A program made the position numbers and the translations under genes. The notes beneath the pieces are model-generated. The model was not told the DNA's origin. It did not search any database and saw nothing but the letters and a program-made list of their open reading frames with translations. Of a stretch of DNA of 64,000 bases, positions 11,053 through 21,136 are shown one piece after another (position 1 is the stretch's first letter; every line of letters begins with the position of its first letter). This stretch comes from Bacteroidales bacterium (GTDB taxonomy: Bacteria > Bacteroidota > Bacteroidia > Bacteroidales > B18-G4), in contig JAVVEM010000005.1 in NCBI GenBank assembly GCA_032250805.1, positions 32,659 to 96,658 on the forward strand, read 5' to 3'.

Positions 11053-12369
11053 CTATTTTTTTATCAGAAAGGGAATATTGGCTGTTGCTGCATTATTATG
11101 CCCGTCGAAAGCATATACAAAAAGCCTGTATTGGCCCTCCTCAACAGGAACATCAAAGTTGATTTCTCCTTCTTCCGATTCCATTTTCAGGATGGTTTGT
11201 GGTCGTTGTTCAAAATCGCCACCATCGCTCTGCATTTTTACCGGTACTTCTGGAAGGATCTCCCAATGATAGATTAATGGGTCATTCTCATGGTCTTCGA
11301 TAAGCGCTGTCGCCTGGCATTGCTGTCCCGGGCTAAGAATGATGTTCTCATAGGCTGATTTTTCATTGAGCAAAAACTGCCTGAGAATGGGCGATCTGTT
11401 TTCAGGCCATTCTCCTGTCCACAGGTATTGCATAACATCAGCCGACTCTGTATTTTGCCCCCCCTCGAGAAAGATCCCGTACCAGGTAGGTGTGCGTTCC
11501 TGTTTTTGTCCCCAGAGAAAAACAAAGGACCCGATGCATTGATCCTGGTCGGAAGCAATTACGTTTTCGTACCGGCTTTTATATGCCATAGCCTTTTCGT
11601 GACTGTTTTGTTCAATTGGCCGGCCCCACTGTGTTTTTGCAACTTCCCAGTGTCCGGTTGCGCCCCATTCCGATACGATGTAAGCACCTGTATATTCGCT
11701 TTCATCTATATAGCGGGGCAGATTTACGATATCAGCATACAACTGAAAGCTCAGAAAATCGAGCGAAGGACAACGCTCCAGCACAACAGCGACAACCTCT
11801 TTATTTGCACCGGCAAGCATGGTGGTTACCGGGTGGTTGGGGTCGGTAGCCTGGATCATCTCAGCGATCTCATTTACGGCATCCCAAACTTTGGGATTTG
11901 AATAATGCAGATTCAACTCATTGCCTATTCCCCAGGCAAGCAAAGCCGGGTGGTCTTTATATTTGAGAACCTCGCCCCGGGCGTATTCAAATTGCTTGCG
12001 AACTGCCAGGGTATCGTCGTAATCAAATCCGTGCCTTTCTCTTGCAATTTCAATCCCCATACATACCATGATGCCATGTTTGTAGGCTTCATCAAGAATT
12101 TCCTGTCCGGTCCTGAAGCTATTGTCGGTACGCCAGGTACGCATGGCATTGCCTCCATGCTTTGCCAGCATTTCAATGCTACCGCCTTCCAGTCCTGCGC
12201 CCCGGATATAAAAAGGTGCGTTGTTAACATGTAGCTGATATGAATCGCCGTTTTTTACTAATTCAACCCGGGCGGGTTCCTCCTTATCCTTTTTCGCAAT
12301 CGTATAACTGCAATTAGTAAATAATGCCAGGACTAAGATCAGGGGAATAATTTTAAAATATCTGTTCAT
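11053..12369 (-). CDS. clan GH-A (beta/alpha)8 glycoside hydrolase lipoprotein with C-terminal Ig-like domain, GH158-like (putative endo-beta-1,3-glucanase)
   Basis: Lipobox LALFTNCSY. WGIGNELN (acid/base NE) and IVSEWGA (nucleophile-like E). ~430-aa barrel plus C-terminal beta-sandwich, as described for GH158 in Bacteroides beta-1,3-glucan loci. The family assignment is an inference. Confidence 0.6.
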   Translation of the reverse strand: MNRYFKIIPLILVLALFTNCSYTIAKKDKEEPARVELVKNGDSYQLHVNNAPFYIRGAGLEGGSIEMLAKHGGNAMRTWRTDNSFRTGQEILDEAYKHGIMVCMGIEIARERHGFDYDDTLAVRKQFEYARGEVLKYKDHPALLAWGIGNELNLHYSNPKVWDAVNEIAEMIQATDPNHPVTTMLAGANKEVVAVVLERCPSLDFLSFQLYADIVNLPRYIDESEYTGAYIVSEWGATGHWEVAKTQWGRPIEQNSHEKAMAYKSRYENVIASDQDQCIGSFVFLWGQKQERTPTWYGIFLEGGQNTESADVMQYLWTGEWPENRSPILRQFLLNEKSAYENIILSPGQQCQATALIEDHENDPLIYHWEILPEVPVKMQSDGGDFEQRPQTILKMESEEGEINFDVPVEEGQYRLFVYAFDGHNNAATANIPFLIKK

Positions 12370-12420
12370 TGGTGTTTATTTTTCAGTTATGGTTTTGATT
12401 AGATGTCAATTAATTTTTTT

Positions 12421-14019
12421 TTATATGGGTTGATCTGCTGATCTTTTATCTTTCACAAGAATGATCTCCAGTTCTTCAAGTGATTTATTTTTCGTTTCGG
12501 GCAGGAGTATCATAATAAATACGAGGCCTATCGCCGCGAAAATTCCATAGAGGAGGAATGTTGTTGAGCTTCCCAGCACAGCAAGTTCCCAGGGGAAGAT
12601 GAGTTGTACCACGAAGCTCACACCTGAGTTGATGAAGCCGGCAAAGGAAATGGCCAGGCCGCGTATATAATTCGGAAACAATTCTGAAAACAAAACCCAC
12701 ATCACCGGTCCGATAGAAATGGCAAATGAGGCAACAAAGCCAATAATGCCAAGCAGGATCATGGTTGCATTCATGCTGATGGCTGAGGTGATCAGTTCCG
12801 ACTCCACTTCTTTAGCCCTGATGGTGCCAAAGGTTTCCGAAATGGCATTTTTGTAAGCAACATCGCTGTGATATGTCTTTCCCGAAAGTTGCTCTGCCTT
12901 TGCCCTTTCAATATGCTCAGGAAGGGCATCTATTGCTTCCTCTGTGAGTGTGTAGCTTGCCGAGCCAAAGCCGATGGCCAGAACGAACATGCTGATTGCG
13001 ATTCCTGAAAGTCCAAAGCCCAGCAACACTTTACGGCCAAACCTGTCGATAAAAAGAAAAGCGAGTATTGTAAATACAAGATTTGTTAATCCTACCAGTA
13101 TGGCCTGTGAAAAGGAAGCATCCGTTCCAATACCTGACTGCTCAAAGATCATGGGTGCATAGAAAAATACTGAATTTATGCCGGTGATCTGTTGCAGAAC
13201 GGCAATTACAATACCTATGGTAAGCACGAGTCGCAATGCCGGCCTGAACAGTTCCCTGATTGGCACTTTGTTTTTTTTGGGTTGGTCGGCAAGGCTTGCT
13301 TTTACTGCTTCCACAACCGCCAGGGCCTGCGATTCTGATGATACCCTGGTAAGGGTATGCAGCGATTCCTGGTCTCTTCCCTTCATCACCAGCCATCGTG
13401 GGCTTTCCGGCACGATAAACAAAAATCCAAAATAGAAAGCAGCGGGCAATAATTCCAGGCCGAGCATCCACCGCCACTGATGTATGTCAAGCATCAGGGC
13501 ATATACCCAGTTTTGATCCATTTGGCCTGCTTTCAGGATGAGGTAATTGGTGAAAAATGCCACTGATATGCCAAGAACAATGTTCAGCTGATTGAATGAA
13601 ACCATGCGTCCCCTGATATCGGGGGGTGATATTTCAGCAATATACATTGGCGCAATGATGAGTGAGGCTCCTACGCCAAGGCCGCCGATCATCCGGGCAA
13701 TAACCAGTGTTGTAAAATCAGGTGCAATGGCTGACCCCAATGCCGAAACAGCATAAAGCAAAGCGGTGGCCTTCAGCACGGGCTTGCGGCCGTATTTTGT
13801 GCTTAAGGGGCCGGCCAGCGCCATGGCAAGTGTTGAAGTGAGGGTTAGTGAACCCACGGCCCAGCCCAACTGCAATTTGGAAAGCCCAAATTCAGGTTCG
13901 ATAAATTTTACCACACCTGAGATCACTGATGCATCAAAGCCCATGAGGAAGCCTCCCAGGGCAACGATCAGGGAAATTTTTACGGCATATAGTTTTTCTT
14001 TATTCATTATCGGGCTCAC
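12421..14019 (-). CDS. MFS sugar porter family transporter
   Basis: 12 predicted TM segments; GRKPVL, PESPRWL, DRFGRK and PETKNKSLEELE signatures. The start may instead be the Met at 14007. It overlaps the GH3 stop codon (14000-14002). Confidence 0.9.
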   Translation of the reverse strand: MSPIMNKEKLYAVKISLIVALGGFLMGFDASVISGVVKFIEPEFGLSKLQLGWAVGSLTLTSTLAMALAGPLSTKYGRKPVLKATALLYAVSALGSAIAPDFTTLVIARMIGGLGVGASLIIAPMYIAEISPPDIRGRMVSFNQLNIVLGISVAFFTNYLILKAGQMDQNWVYALMLDIHQWRWMLGLELLPAAFYFGFLFIVPESPRWLVMKGRDQESLHTLTRVSSESQALAVVEAVKASLADQPKKNKVPIRELFRPALRLVLTIGIVIAVLQQITGINSVFFYAPMIFEQSGIGTDASFSQAILVGLTNLVFTILAFLFIDRFGRKVLLGFGLSGIAISMFVLAIGFGSASYTLTEEAIDALPEHIERAKAEQLSGKTYHSDVAYKNAISETFGTIRAKEVESELITSAISMNATMILLGIIGFVASFAISIGPVMWVLFSELFPNYIRGLAISFAGFINSGVSFVVQLIFPWELAVLGSSTTFLLYGIFAAIGLVFIMILLPETKNKSLEELEIILVKDKRSADQPI

Positions 14020-16270
14020 TTAGGGTGAATGCTTTATTTATTTTTGCTTCAGAATTTCCTCCGGCCCAGATCGTAAATTCTCCGGGTTCAACAATATATG
14101 TTCCTTCTTTATCATAAAATCCAAGGTCGGCCGCAGCAAGCGAAAACTGAACGCTACGGGTTTCTCCCGGACTGAGGGTTATCCTCCTAAAGTCTTTTAA
14201 TTCCTTTACCGGCCTGGTAATGGAAGCAGTCATGTCGCGGATATAGATCTGCACGATCTCATCAGCAGCGTAATTGCCGGTGTTGGCCACATCAATGCTA
14301 AGCATAAGCGTATCGTTTGGCTGTATGCGGTGCGATGAAAGCCATAAATTGTCGTAGCTGAAGCTGGTATATGATAATCCAAACCCGAAGGGGAACAAAG
14401 GTTTAAAGCCAATGTCGAGGTAATGGCTTGTATTGCCGAGTGAGGTCTGGAAACTCCTTTCAGGAATGTCTTCTATTGCCACAAAAGAATTTTCGTCAGG
14501 GGGACGACCTGTATTCTTATGTGAATAATAAACAGGGATCTGCCCGGGTGCTTTCGGGAAGGTTACGGGTAATTTCCCAGAAGGGCTGGTATGTCCGAAC
14601 AGTATCTCTGCAATGGCCGGGCCTGCCATGGTTCCGGGATGCCAGGCATAAATGACAGCGTCGGCATGCTCCATAATTTCGCCGATGCATAAAGGCCTTG
14701 GTGTCATGATCAGCAGGATCAGCGGTGTGCCGGTTTCTGATAATTCCCTGATCAAATCATCCTGTGCGCCGGGAAGGTTGAGGTAGGCTCTGCTATGTGC
14801 CTCGCCCGTAATAATGGATTCTTCGCCTGCAAACACCAGTGCGACATCGGCATCCTTAGCTATACGAATGGCTGATGGTATGCCTTCCAGGCTTGTTGAG
14901 CGGGTGTTCCTGAGCCCCTTCTTATAATGAACCTTTTCATCACCCAGCATATCCTTTAAGGCCATTAAGGGGGTAATGCTCAGGTTTGTGTCGCCATCAA
15001 ATATCCATGTTCCCAATTGCTCGTATCTGTCGTGGGCCATCGGGCCAATCACTGCAATATTTGATATGTCTGTTTCAAGCGGAAGGATATTGTTTTTATT
15101 TTTAAGAAGGACAAGACTCTGAATGGCCGATTGTTTTGCAAGTTCGAGATGCGATGCAGGAGGGGAGAGGATTGCTTCATCAGCCTTTGCATATGGATGT
15201 TCGAATAGACCCAGCTCAAACTTGACCTTTAAGATCCTTCTGACGGCATCGTCAAGCATCTCTTTTTTTATAACGCCCGATTCAATCAGCTCTGCCAGGT
15301 GGTTTTGATAGGATGTCCCGGCCATTTCCATGTCGATGCCGGCCAGCATGGCTTTGGCTGCAGCTTCTTTATCATTGCCGGCAAAGCCGTGCGTTTTCAT
15401 TTCTGCTATCGAGGCCCAGTCGCTCACTACAAATCCTTCGAACTGCCATCGATCTTTTAATATTTCCCTGAAAAGAAAAGCGTTTCCTGATGCGGGGATT
15501 CCGTTGAGTTCGTTAAATCCGCTCATAAATGTGGAAATGCCCGCTTCGTTTAATGCCATAAAGGGCTTAAAATATGTGTTCCACAGTTCTACTTCGGGTA
15601 CGCTCGTTGTATTGTAATCGCGCCCTCCTTCGGCTGCACCATAAGCTGCAAAATGCTTTGCACAGGCAGCCATGGTAAAATTCTGGCCGGTATTTTTGCT
15701 GCGGATCCCCTCCAGCATAGCCAGTCCCATTTCAGTAACCAGCAACGGGTCTTCTCCAAAGCTTTCGGCCATTCTTCCCCAGCGTGGGTCGCGGGCAATA
15801 TCAACCATGGGTGCGAAATTCCAGTTGATTCCCACGCTTTTTGCTTCTCTGGCGGCAACTTCGGCTCCCTGCCTGACAAGGTCAGGGTTAAAGGTGGCCG
15901 CAAGGCCGATATTTATCGGAAAAATGGTTTTAAACCCATGAATAATATCCCGCCCGAACAGCAGCGGAATGCCCAGCCGGCTTTGTTCCACAGCCACCTG
16001 CTGCAGTTTTCTTATTGCTTCGGGCCTGGCTTCATTGAGGATTCCTCCGGCAAGCCCTTCGCGGATGGTATTTGCCAGCAATTCGGTATGATCGCCCCCG
16101 GCACTGTGCAGCAACTGAAGTTGACCAATTTTTTCCTGTGTGGTCATTTGCTTCAGTATCTCATCAACTTTGCCGTCAATAGAATTGTGGTTTCCGGGCC
16201 CCTGGCAGCCTGCTGCCAGCAGAATGACAATGGAAAGCCATAGAATTTTATGTCGTTTATTCAGGGGCAT
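14000..16270 (-). CDS. bglX: GH3 beta-glucosidase (BglX-like), periplasmic lipoprotein
   Basis: Lipobox LLAAGCQG. GFVVSDW nucleophile motif, KHFAAYG, and the C-terminal Fn3-like domain typical of GH3. Confidence 0.93.
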   Translation of the reverse strand: MPLNKRHKILWLSIVILLAAGCQGPGNHNSIDGKVDEILKQMTTQEKIGQLQLLHSAGGDHTELLANTIREGLAGGILNEARPEAIRKLQQVAVEQSRLGIPLLFGRDIIHGFKTIFPINIGLAATFNPDLVRQGAEVAAREAKSVGINWNFAPMVDIARDPRWGRMAESFGEDPLLVTEMGLAMLEGIRSKNTGQNFTMAACAKHFAAYGAAEGGRDYNTTSVPEVELWNTYFKPFMALNEAGISTFMSGFNELNGIPASGNAFLFREILKDRWQFEGFVVSDWASIAEMKTHGFAGNDKEAAAKAMLAGIDMEMAGTSYQNHLAELIESGVIKKEMLDDAVRRILKVKFELGLFEHPYAKADEAILSPPASHLELAKQSAIQSLVLLKNKNNILPLETDISNIAVIGPMAHDRYEQLGTWIFDGDTNLSITPLMALKDMLGDEKVHYKKGLRNTRSTSLEGIPSAIRIAKDADVALVFAGEESIITGEAHSRAYLNLPGAQDDLIRELSETGTPLILLIMTPRPLCIGEIMEHADAVIYAWHPGTMAGPAIAEILFGHTSPSGKLPVTFPKAPGQIPVYYSHKNTGRPPDENSFVAIEDIPERSFQTSLGNTSHYLDIGFKPLFPFGFGLSYTSFSYDNLWLSSHRIQPNDTLMLSIDVANTGNYAADEIVQIYIRDMTASITRPVKELKDFRRITLSPGETRSVQFSLAAADLGFYDKEGTYIVEPGEFTIWAGGNSEAKINKAFTLSEPDNE

Positions 16271-16381
16271 GAAATGCAGTTTACACGATGCCTATATGAT
16301 TCAAATTGCTATTCGTATCTTGTCCGGGTCCTCTTGCCTGAACCGGTTAAACATTAAAACGCGAAAAGGTAAGCACAGGGT

Positions 16382-17956
16382 CTAATAACCGTTATTTTGC
16401 CGGAACACACCCCCCGAAAGGTCAATTTCGGTTTGAGGAATGGGCAAAAATCCTTTCGTCGACTGGTTGAATGTAACATCGAAGATCACCTGGTCGCCGA
16501 TATAATCCGGCCCGCGCTCTCCGATCACTGTCAGTTCCTGGTTTGCAACCGCCATGCCCTGCCGGAGCAGGTCGAAGTATCGTATTCCTTCAAGCGAAAG
16601 TTCAAGCCTTCTTTCGCGTAAAATATTTTCGGGCGTTGCCGGAACACTGGGTAATCCAACTCTGTCGCGCACACGGTCGAGATAATCCTGTGCTCCCGCG
16701 CTTCCAAGTTCAGCCGCCATTAACAGTACATCCGAGAAGCGTATTACGCGGTAATTACAGGTTCTGTTAAGCTCAAACTGCCCGTCGGCGCCCCAGTGTT
16801 CTGCATCGGAACTGTATTTATTGGAATAATATCCGGTATGCTGGTAACCCTGCACCAGATTGCCATCAAGGCTATCCTGAAAAAGAACCGTTTTATAGAG
16901 CCTGGGATCGCCTTGAAGGTCATCAACAAGCTTTTGACTCACAGTGCCAAAGCTCCATCCCCTGTTCCAGTTGTCGGAGCCTGTTACCCTTGGCCCCTGC
17001 ATCTGTGCGGCCAGGTTTCCTTCGCCTCCGCGCACGTATACCCAGTCCCACCAGGGAGGAGTGTCACCATAGGAGATTTCAAACACCGATTCTTTACCAA
17101 ATTCTCCGGCCAGTTTAAAGTTGGTTTCGTAATTCTCAAAAAGGTCATGTCCGCTGTTGGTGATCAGGTCTTCAAGATAATTCAACACAACTGTCCGGTC
17201 TACCACCTGGCCGCCTGCCATCAGGTCGGCATTATATACTCCGTTATAGAAAAGGTATACCCTTGCAAGCAATGCTTCTGCGGCCCACTTGCTCACCCGG
17301 CCTGCTTCAGCCGGAACAATGTATTCGGGCAGCTTGTCTATTGCGTCAACTAAATCGGTAGCGATCTGGTTGTATACTTCAGCAGGATTATTCTGCTCCT
17401 GTTCATATTCCGAAGGTCCTTTGATGGTTTCTGTGAGCAAGGGGATATTTTCAAAAAAACGCACCTGCTCGAAATAAAAATATGCCCGCAGAAACTTACA
17501 TTCTGCAATTACACGGGTTTTAAAGTCGGCCGGAGCATCAGCATCGACGATTTTTTCAAGGATAAGGTTCGCCCTGTATATGCCAATGTAGTTTTTAATC
17601 CAGATAGAATGGGCAATCTGGCTGGTGGGCGGGATATTAAATGTATTGAACTCATTTTCGTCCATCCCATCGTTTGCATCGGCCCCGCCTGCAAAAGCAT
17701 CGTCAGAAAGTATGTCGGACATGGTAAGAAAAGGAGCCCACGAAACACCTGGTGTCGACTGGTATCCCAGAACATCATAAACAGCAATCAGGCCTGCTTT
17801 AATGCCGTCTTCAGTGTCGTAGAAGTTTGAGGTAACCTCCTGATCCAACGGATAGCGGTCGAGAAATTCTTTTTTACATGAACCAAGAGATACCGTAAAC
17901 ACTAAAGAAACAATCAGTATGTATTTAAAATTTTTCATGATCGTAATGTTTTTCAA
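16382..17956 (-). CDS. susD: SusD/RagB family nutrient-binding outer-membrane lipoprotein
   Basis: Lipobox SLGSCKKEFLDRYPLDQ. Lies immediately downstream of SusC (no intergenic gap). TPR-like helical composition. The start may be the Met at 17938. Confidence 0.9.
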   Translation of the reverse strand: MKNITIMKNFKYILIVSLVFTVSLGSCKKEFLDRYPLDQEVTSNFYDTEDGIKAGLIAVYDVLGYQSTPGVSWAPFLTMSDILSDDAFAGGADANDGMDENEFNTFNIPPTSQIAHSIWIKNYIGIYRANLILEKIVDADAPADFKTRVIAECKFLRAYFYFEQVRFFENIPLLTETIKGPSEYEQEQNNPAEVYNQIATDLVDAIDKLPEYIVPAEAGRVSKWAAEALLARVYLFYNGVYNADLMAGGQVVDRTVVLNYLEDLITNSGHDLFENYETNFKLAGEFGKESVFEISYGDTPPWWDWVYVRGGEGNLAAQMQGPRVTGSDNWNRGWSFGTVSQKLVDDLQGDPRLYKTVLFQDSLDGNLVQGYQHTGYYSNKYSSDAEHWGADGQFELNRTCNYRVIRFSDVLLMAAELGSAGAQDYLDRVRDRVGLPSVPATPENILRERRLELSLEGIRYFDLLRQGMAVANQELTVIGERGPDYIGDQVIFDVTFNQSTKGFLPIPQTEIDLSGGVFRQNNGY

Positions 17957-20900
17957 TTAAAATGTGATTGATGTGCCAAGGCGAAATGTTCTTGCCTGGG
18001 GATAGATACCCCTGTCGATGCCAATATCAAATGAGGTCATGGCGCCAATTTCCGGATCTGCACCACTGTAACCGGTAATGGTAAACAGGTTTTCAGCAGA
18101 TACATAAAAGCGCCATCTTTCGGCACCGATATGCCTGAGTACTGAAGGGGGCAGGGAGTATCCAAATTGGATATTCTTCAGGCGCACATATGAACCATTT
18201 TCGACATACAGGTCTGAAACACGGTAGTTATTGTTTACATCGATCCAGGTATAGCGGGGGATCTCATCCGATGTCCCTTCGCCTGTCCAGCGGTCGAGTA
18301 TTTCTGTTGTTCGGTTTGTATAGCGCAGGTCCTGCCGTTGTGAACCGTTAAATATCTCATGCCCGAAAGCTCCCGTAACAAGGAAGTTCAGATCGAATTG
18401 TCCGTATTCAACCGAAGCATTTACCCCGAGTGTCCATTCCGGTGTAGGGTTCCCGATCATTGTCCGGTCTTTTTCATCGATCACTCCATCATCGTTTATG
18501 TCAACAAAGCGCACGTCGCCAGGCTCAGCTTTAGGCTGAAGTAAGGTGCCGTTGCTGGAAATATGCTGATAAACTTCATTCATGTTCTGAAAGATACCAT
18601 CGGTTTGGTATCCCCAGAAAAACCCGATCGGAAGTCCTTCTTCTGCTCTTGTAACCAGGCCTGCAACAGCCCAGGTGGCACCCGGAATGGCATCTTCATC
18701 ATTTCCTATTTCGGTCATTTTATTCTTGTTGTAGGCTGCATTTACCCCAACCGAATAGCGAAGCTTATCGATATAGTGTCGCCAGTTAATGGCCATTTCC
18801 ACCCCTTTATTCTGCACGCTTCCCACATTTGCAAAAGGCGGGTCGTTGCCAACATGCGCAGGAATGGGAATGCGTTCAAGCAGTCCGTTGGTATTTTTTA
18901 TGTAATAATCGAAAGTAGCGGTCAAGCGGTTATCGAACATCCCCATATCCAGTGCAAGGTTGAATTGTTCTGACTCTTCCCATCGGATATCTTTATTCTC
19001 TATAAAGGAGGGAGATGCACCGACAACCCTTCCTGCACCAAATATATAGCCTCTGCTCTTGTCGATTGTTGAAATGTATTGATAGTCACCAATATTCTCG
19101 TTTCCGTTAATACCGTATGAAGCCCTCAGCTTGATAAAGCTAACCGGACCGAGTTGCGGAATAAAATTTTCTTCCGTCAGCAACCAGCTTACACCAACCG
19201 AAGGGAAAACACCAAAACGATTGTTCGGACCAAATTTTGAAGAGCCATCGCGACGGATAATACCGGTAATCGCATATCTGCTCTTGAAATCATAGGTTAC
19301 CCTTCCAAAAAGCGAATAAAGGGCTGAATGAGCTGCGCCACCTGTTGCGACCCAGGCGGTATCGGTAGCCATGTTCAGATAAATATTATCCGGATCGAAA
19401 GTGGGTACCTTGGTATTAAAACCTGTGAGGTCTTCATAATTGAACTCACTTGCAGTGGTACCGGCCAGCACGGAAAATGTATGTTCTTTGATTTTCTTTG
19501 AATACGACAGGGTGTTTTCCCATTGCCAGGTAAAGTACCTTTCCATACTTTTAAAAACAGATGTTTTTTCTGTGTTGTTTTGTGCCCCGTTTAAGTAAAA
19601 CAAGGGCCGATAGGAGTCGTAGAGAACATACGCCAGATCAATGCCAAAACTGGTTCTGAATTTAAGTCCCTCAATAATATCGAGTTCTCCAAATAAGTTC
19701 CCCACAACTTTATCGACCCTTGATTCACCGTTTTGAATTTCTAAAAGCGCCATGGGGTTAACCACTTCTGCACCAACGTAATTAGAAATTCCATAAACAT
19801 TTCCATTTTCATCAGTCACCACTGGTTCGTTTGAGTAAGGAGGTTCGCCGAGTATATTGGGATCGGTTTCGTACAGTGGTGTGAGCGGATCAAGGTTTAA
19901 TGCACTGCTGTAAGCTCCGTTAAAGGACTGATTGCTGGCAATCCCTCTTCTTACGATATGAGAATACGCAAGGTTGTTGCCAAACTTAAATCTTTTTATC
20001 ACCTGATGTTCGCTGTTTATTCGTGCAGTTATGCGGTCGAATTGTGATTTTTCGGCACCGATGATCCCTTGTTGTGAAAAGTAGGAAATAGAAGAAGCAT
20101 AGGAAGATTTTGCATTTCCCCCATTTACCATTACCTCATGACTCATAATGGGCACATTTTTCTGAAACAGGTGCTCTTGCCAGTCGGTATTATACTTTGG
20201 AATTTCATTCAGGTCGAAAGGTTCTGTGAGTCCGGCATTTCTTGCTCCTTCATTCATTATCATGCGATACTGGTCGGCATCCAGCATATCAAGGGTTTTG
20301 GCGGCACTCTGAATACCATAATAACCTGAATAGGTAACGTTCATTTTCCCTTCTTTTCCTTTTTTGGTGGTGATCAGGACTACTCCGTTGGCTGCCCTGG
20401 CTCCATAAATGGCAGCGGAAGCAGCATCTTTAAGTACATCCATCGACTCAATGTCGCCGGGATTGAGGTAATCAATTCCACCCACAGGCATCCCATCCAC
20501 AATATATAGCGGGTTGGAGTTTCCGGTTGTGCCGGTTCCCCTGATTCGTACCGTTGGTGCTTCACCGGGCTGCCCTGAGAGTTGGGTTACCTGCACGCCG
20601 GCTGTTTGTCCTTGCATGGCCTGCTCGGCGCGCAAAACCGGCAACCTTGTAATTTGTTTTGAGTTAACGGTAGAAATGGAGCCGGTCACCACTTTCTTTT
20701 TCTGTGTTCCGTAACCGATCACAACGACCTCTTCCAGCTCCTGGAGATCGGGTTCGAGCATGATATCAATGACCGAGCGTCCGTTAACAGGTATGGTAAT
20801 CGTTTTATATCCAATGTATGAAAATTGCAGTGTATCCTCACCAGATGGTACTGTCAGGCTGTAAAACCCGTCAACATTGGTGGTTGTCCCGTTAACAGTT

Positions 20901-21046
20901 CCCTTTTGAATAACGGTAGCCCCTGGAATGCCTGTTTCATCGTTTGCATCTGCAACAATACCCGAAACGGTAAATTGCGCAAAGGAAGCGGATGTGAAAC
21001 AGATAAAAATAAAGGTGACTAAGATCTTGTGGTAAAGTGCCTTCAT
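17957..21046 (-). CDS. susC: SusC/RagA family TonB-dependent outer-membrane transporter
   Basis: Signal peptide, a carboxypeptidase-regulatory-like N-terminal domain (FTVSGIVADANDETGIPGATV), plug motif VVVIGYGTQKKKVVTGSIS, and a C-terminal aromatic residue (ITF). Confidence 0.95.
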   Translation of the reverse strand: MKALYHKILVTFIFICFTSASFAQFTVSGIVADANDETGIPGATVIQKGTVNGTTTNVDGFYSLTVPSGEDTLQFSYIGYKTITIPVNGRSVIDIMLEPDLQELEEVVVIGYGTQKKKVVTGSISTVNSKQITRLPVLRAEQAMQGQTAGVQVTQLSGQPGEAPTVRIRGTGTTGNSNPLYIVDGMPVGGIDYLNPGDIESMDVLKDAASAAIYGARAANGVVLITTKKGKEGKMNVTYSGYYGIQSAAKTLDMLDADQYRMIMNEGARNAGLTEPFDLNEIPKYNTDWQEHLFQKNVPIMSHEVMVNGGNAKSSYASSISYFSQQGIIGAEKSQFDRITARINSEHQVIKRFKFGNNLAYSHIVRRGIASNQSFNGAYSSALNLDPLTPLYETDPNILGEPPYSNEPVVTDENGNVYGISNYVGAEVVNPMALLEIQNGESRVDKVVGNLFGELDIIEGLKFRTSFGIDLAYVLYDSYRPLFYLNGAQNNTEKTSVFKSMERYFTWQWENTLSYSKKIKEHTFSVLAGTTASEFNYEDLTGFNTKVPTFDPDNIYLNMATDTAWVATGGAAHSALYSLFGRVTYDFKSRYAITGIIRRDGSSKFGPNNRFGVFPSVGVSWLLTEENFIPQLGPVSFIKLRASYGINGNENIGDYQYISTIDKSRGYIFGAGRVVGASPSFIENKDIRWEESEQFNLALDMGMFDNRLTATFDYYIKNTNGLLERIPIPAHVGNDPPFANVGSVQNKGVEMAINWRHYIDKLRYSVGVNAAYNKNKMTEIGNDEDAIPGATWAVAGLVTRAEEGLPIGFFWGYQTDGIFQNMNEVYQHISSNGTLLQPKAEPGDVRFVDINDDGVIDEKDRTMIGNPTPEWTLGVNASVEYGQFDLNFLVTGAFGHEIFNGSQRQDLRYTNRTTEILDRWTGEGTSDEIPRYTWIDVNNNYRVSDLYVENGSYVRLKNIQFGYSLPPSVLRHIGAERWRFYVSAENLFTITGYSGADPEIGAMTSFDIGIDRGIYPQARTFRLGTSITF

Positions 21047-21136
21047 TTGCCTGTTGTTAAATGTTAAAATTAGATCTCAATTTCTGTTTTGGTATGCGAA
21101 TATCCTTGTTCACCGGCTTGAACAATATTTTTGATA

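Noticed and set aside
15653-17353. Antisense ORFs of 196 aa (15653-16243) and 185 aa (16796-17353) inside the GH3 and SusD genes
   Set aside because: They are shadow ORFs opposite strongly supported genes and carry no motifs. The same applies to 35003-35485, 50256-50714, 57140-57598, 11428-11901 and 59780-60106.
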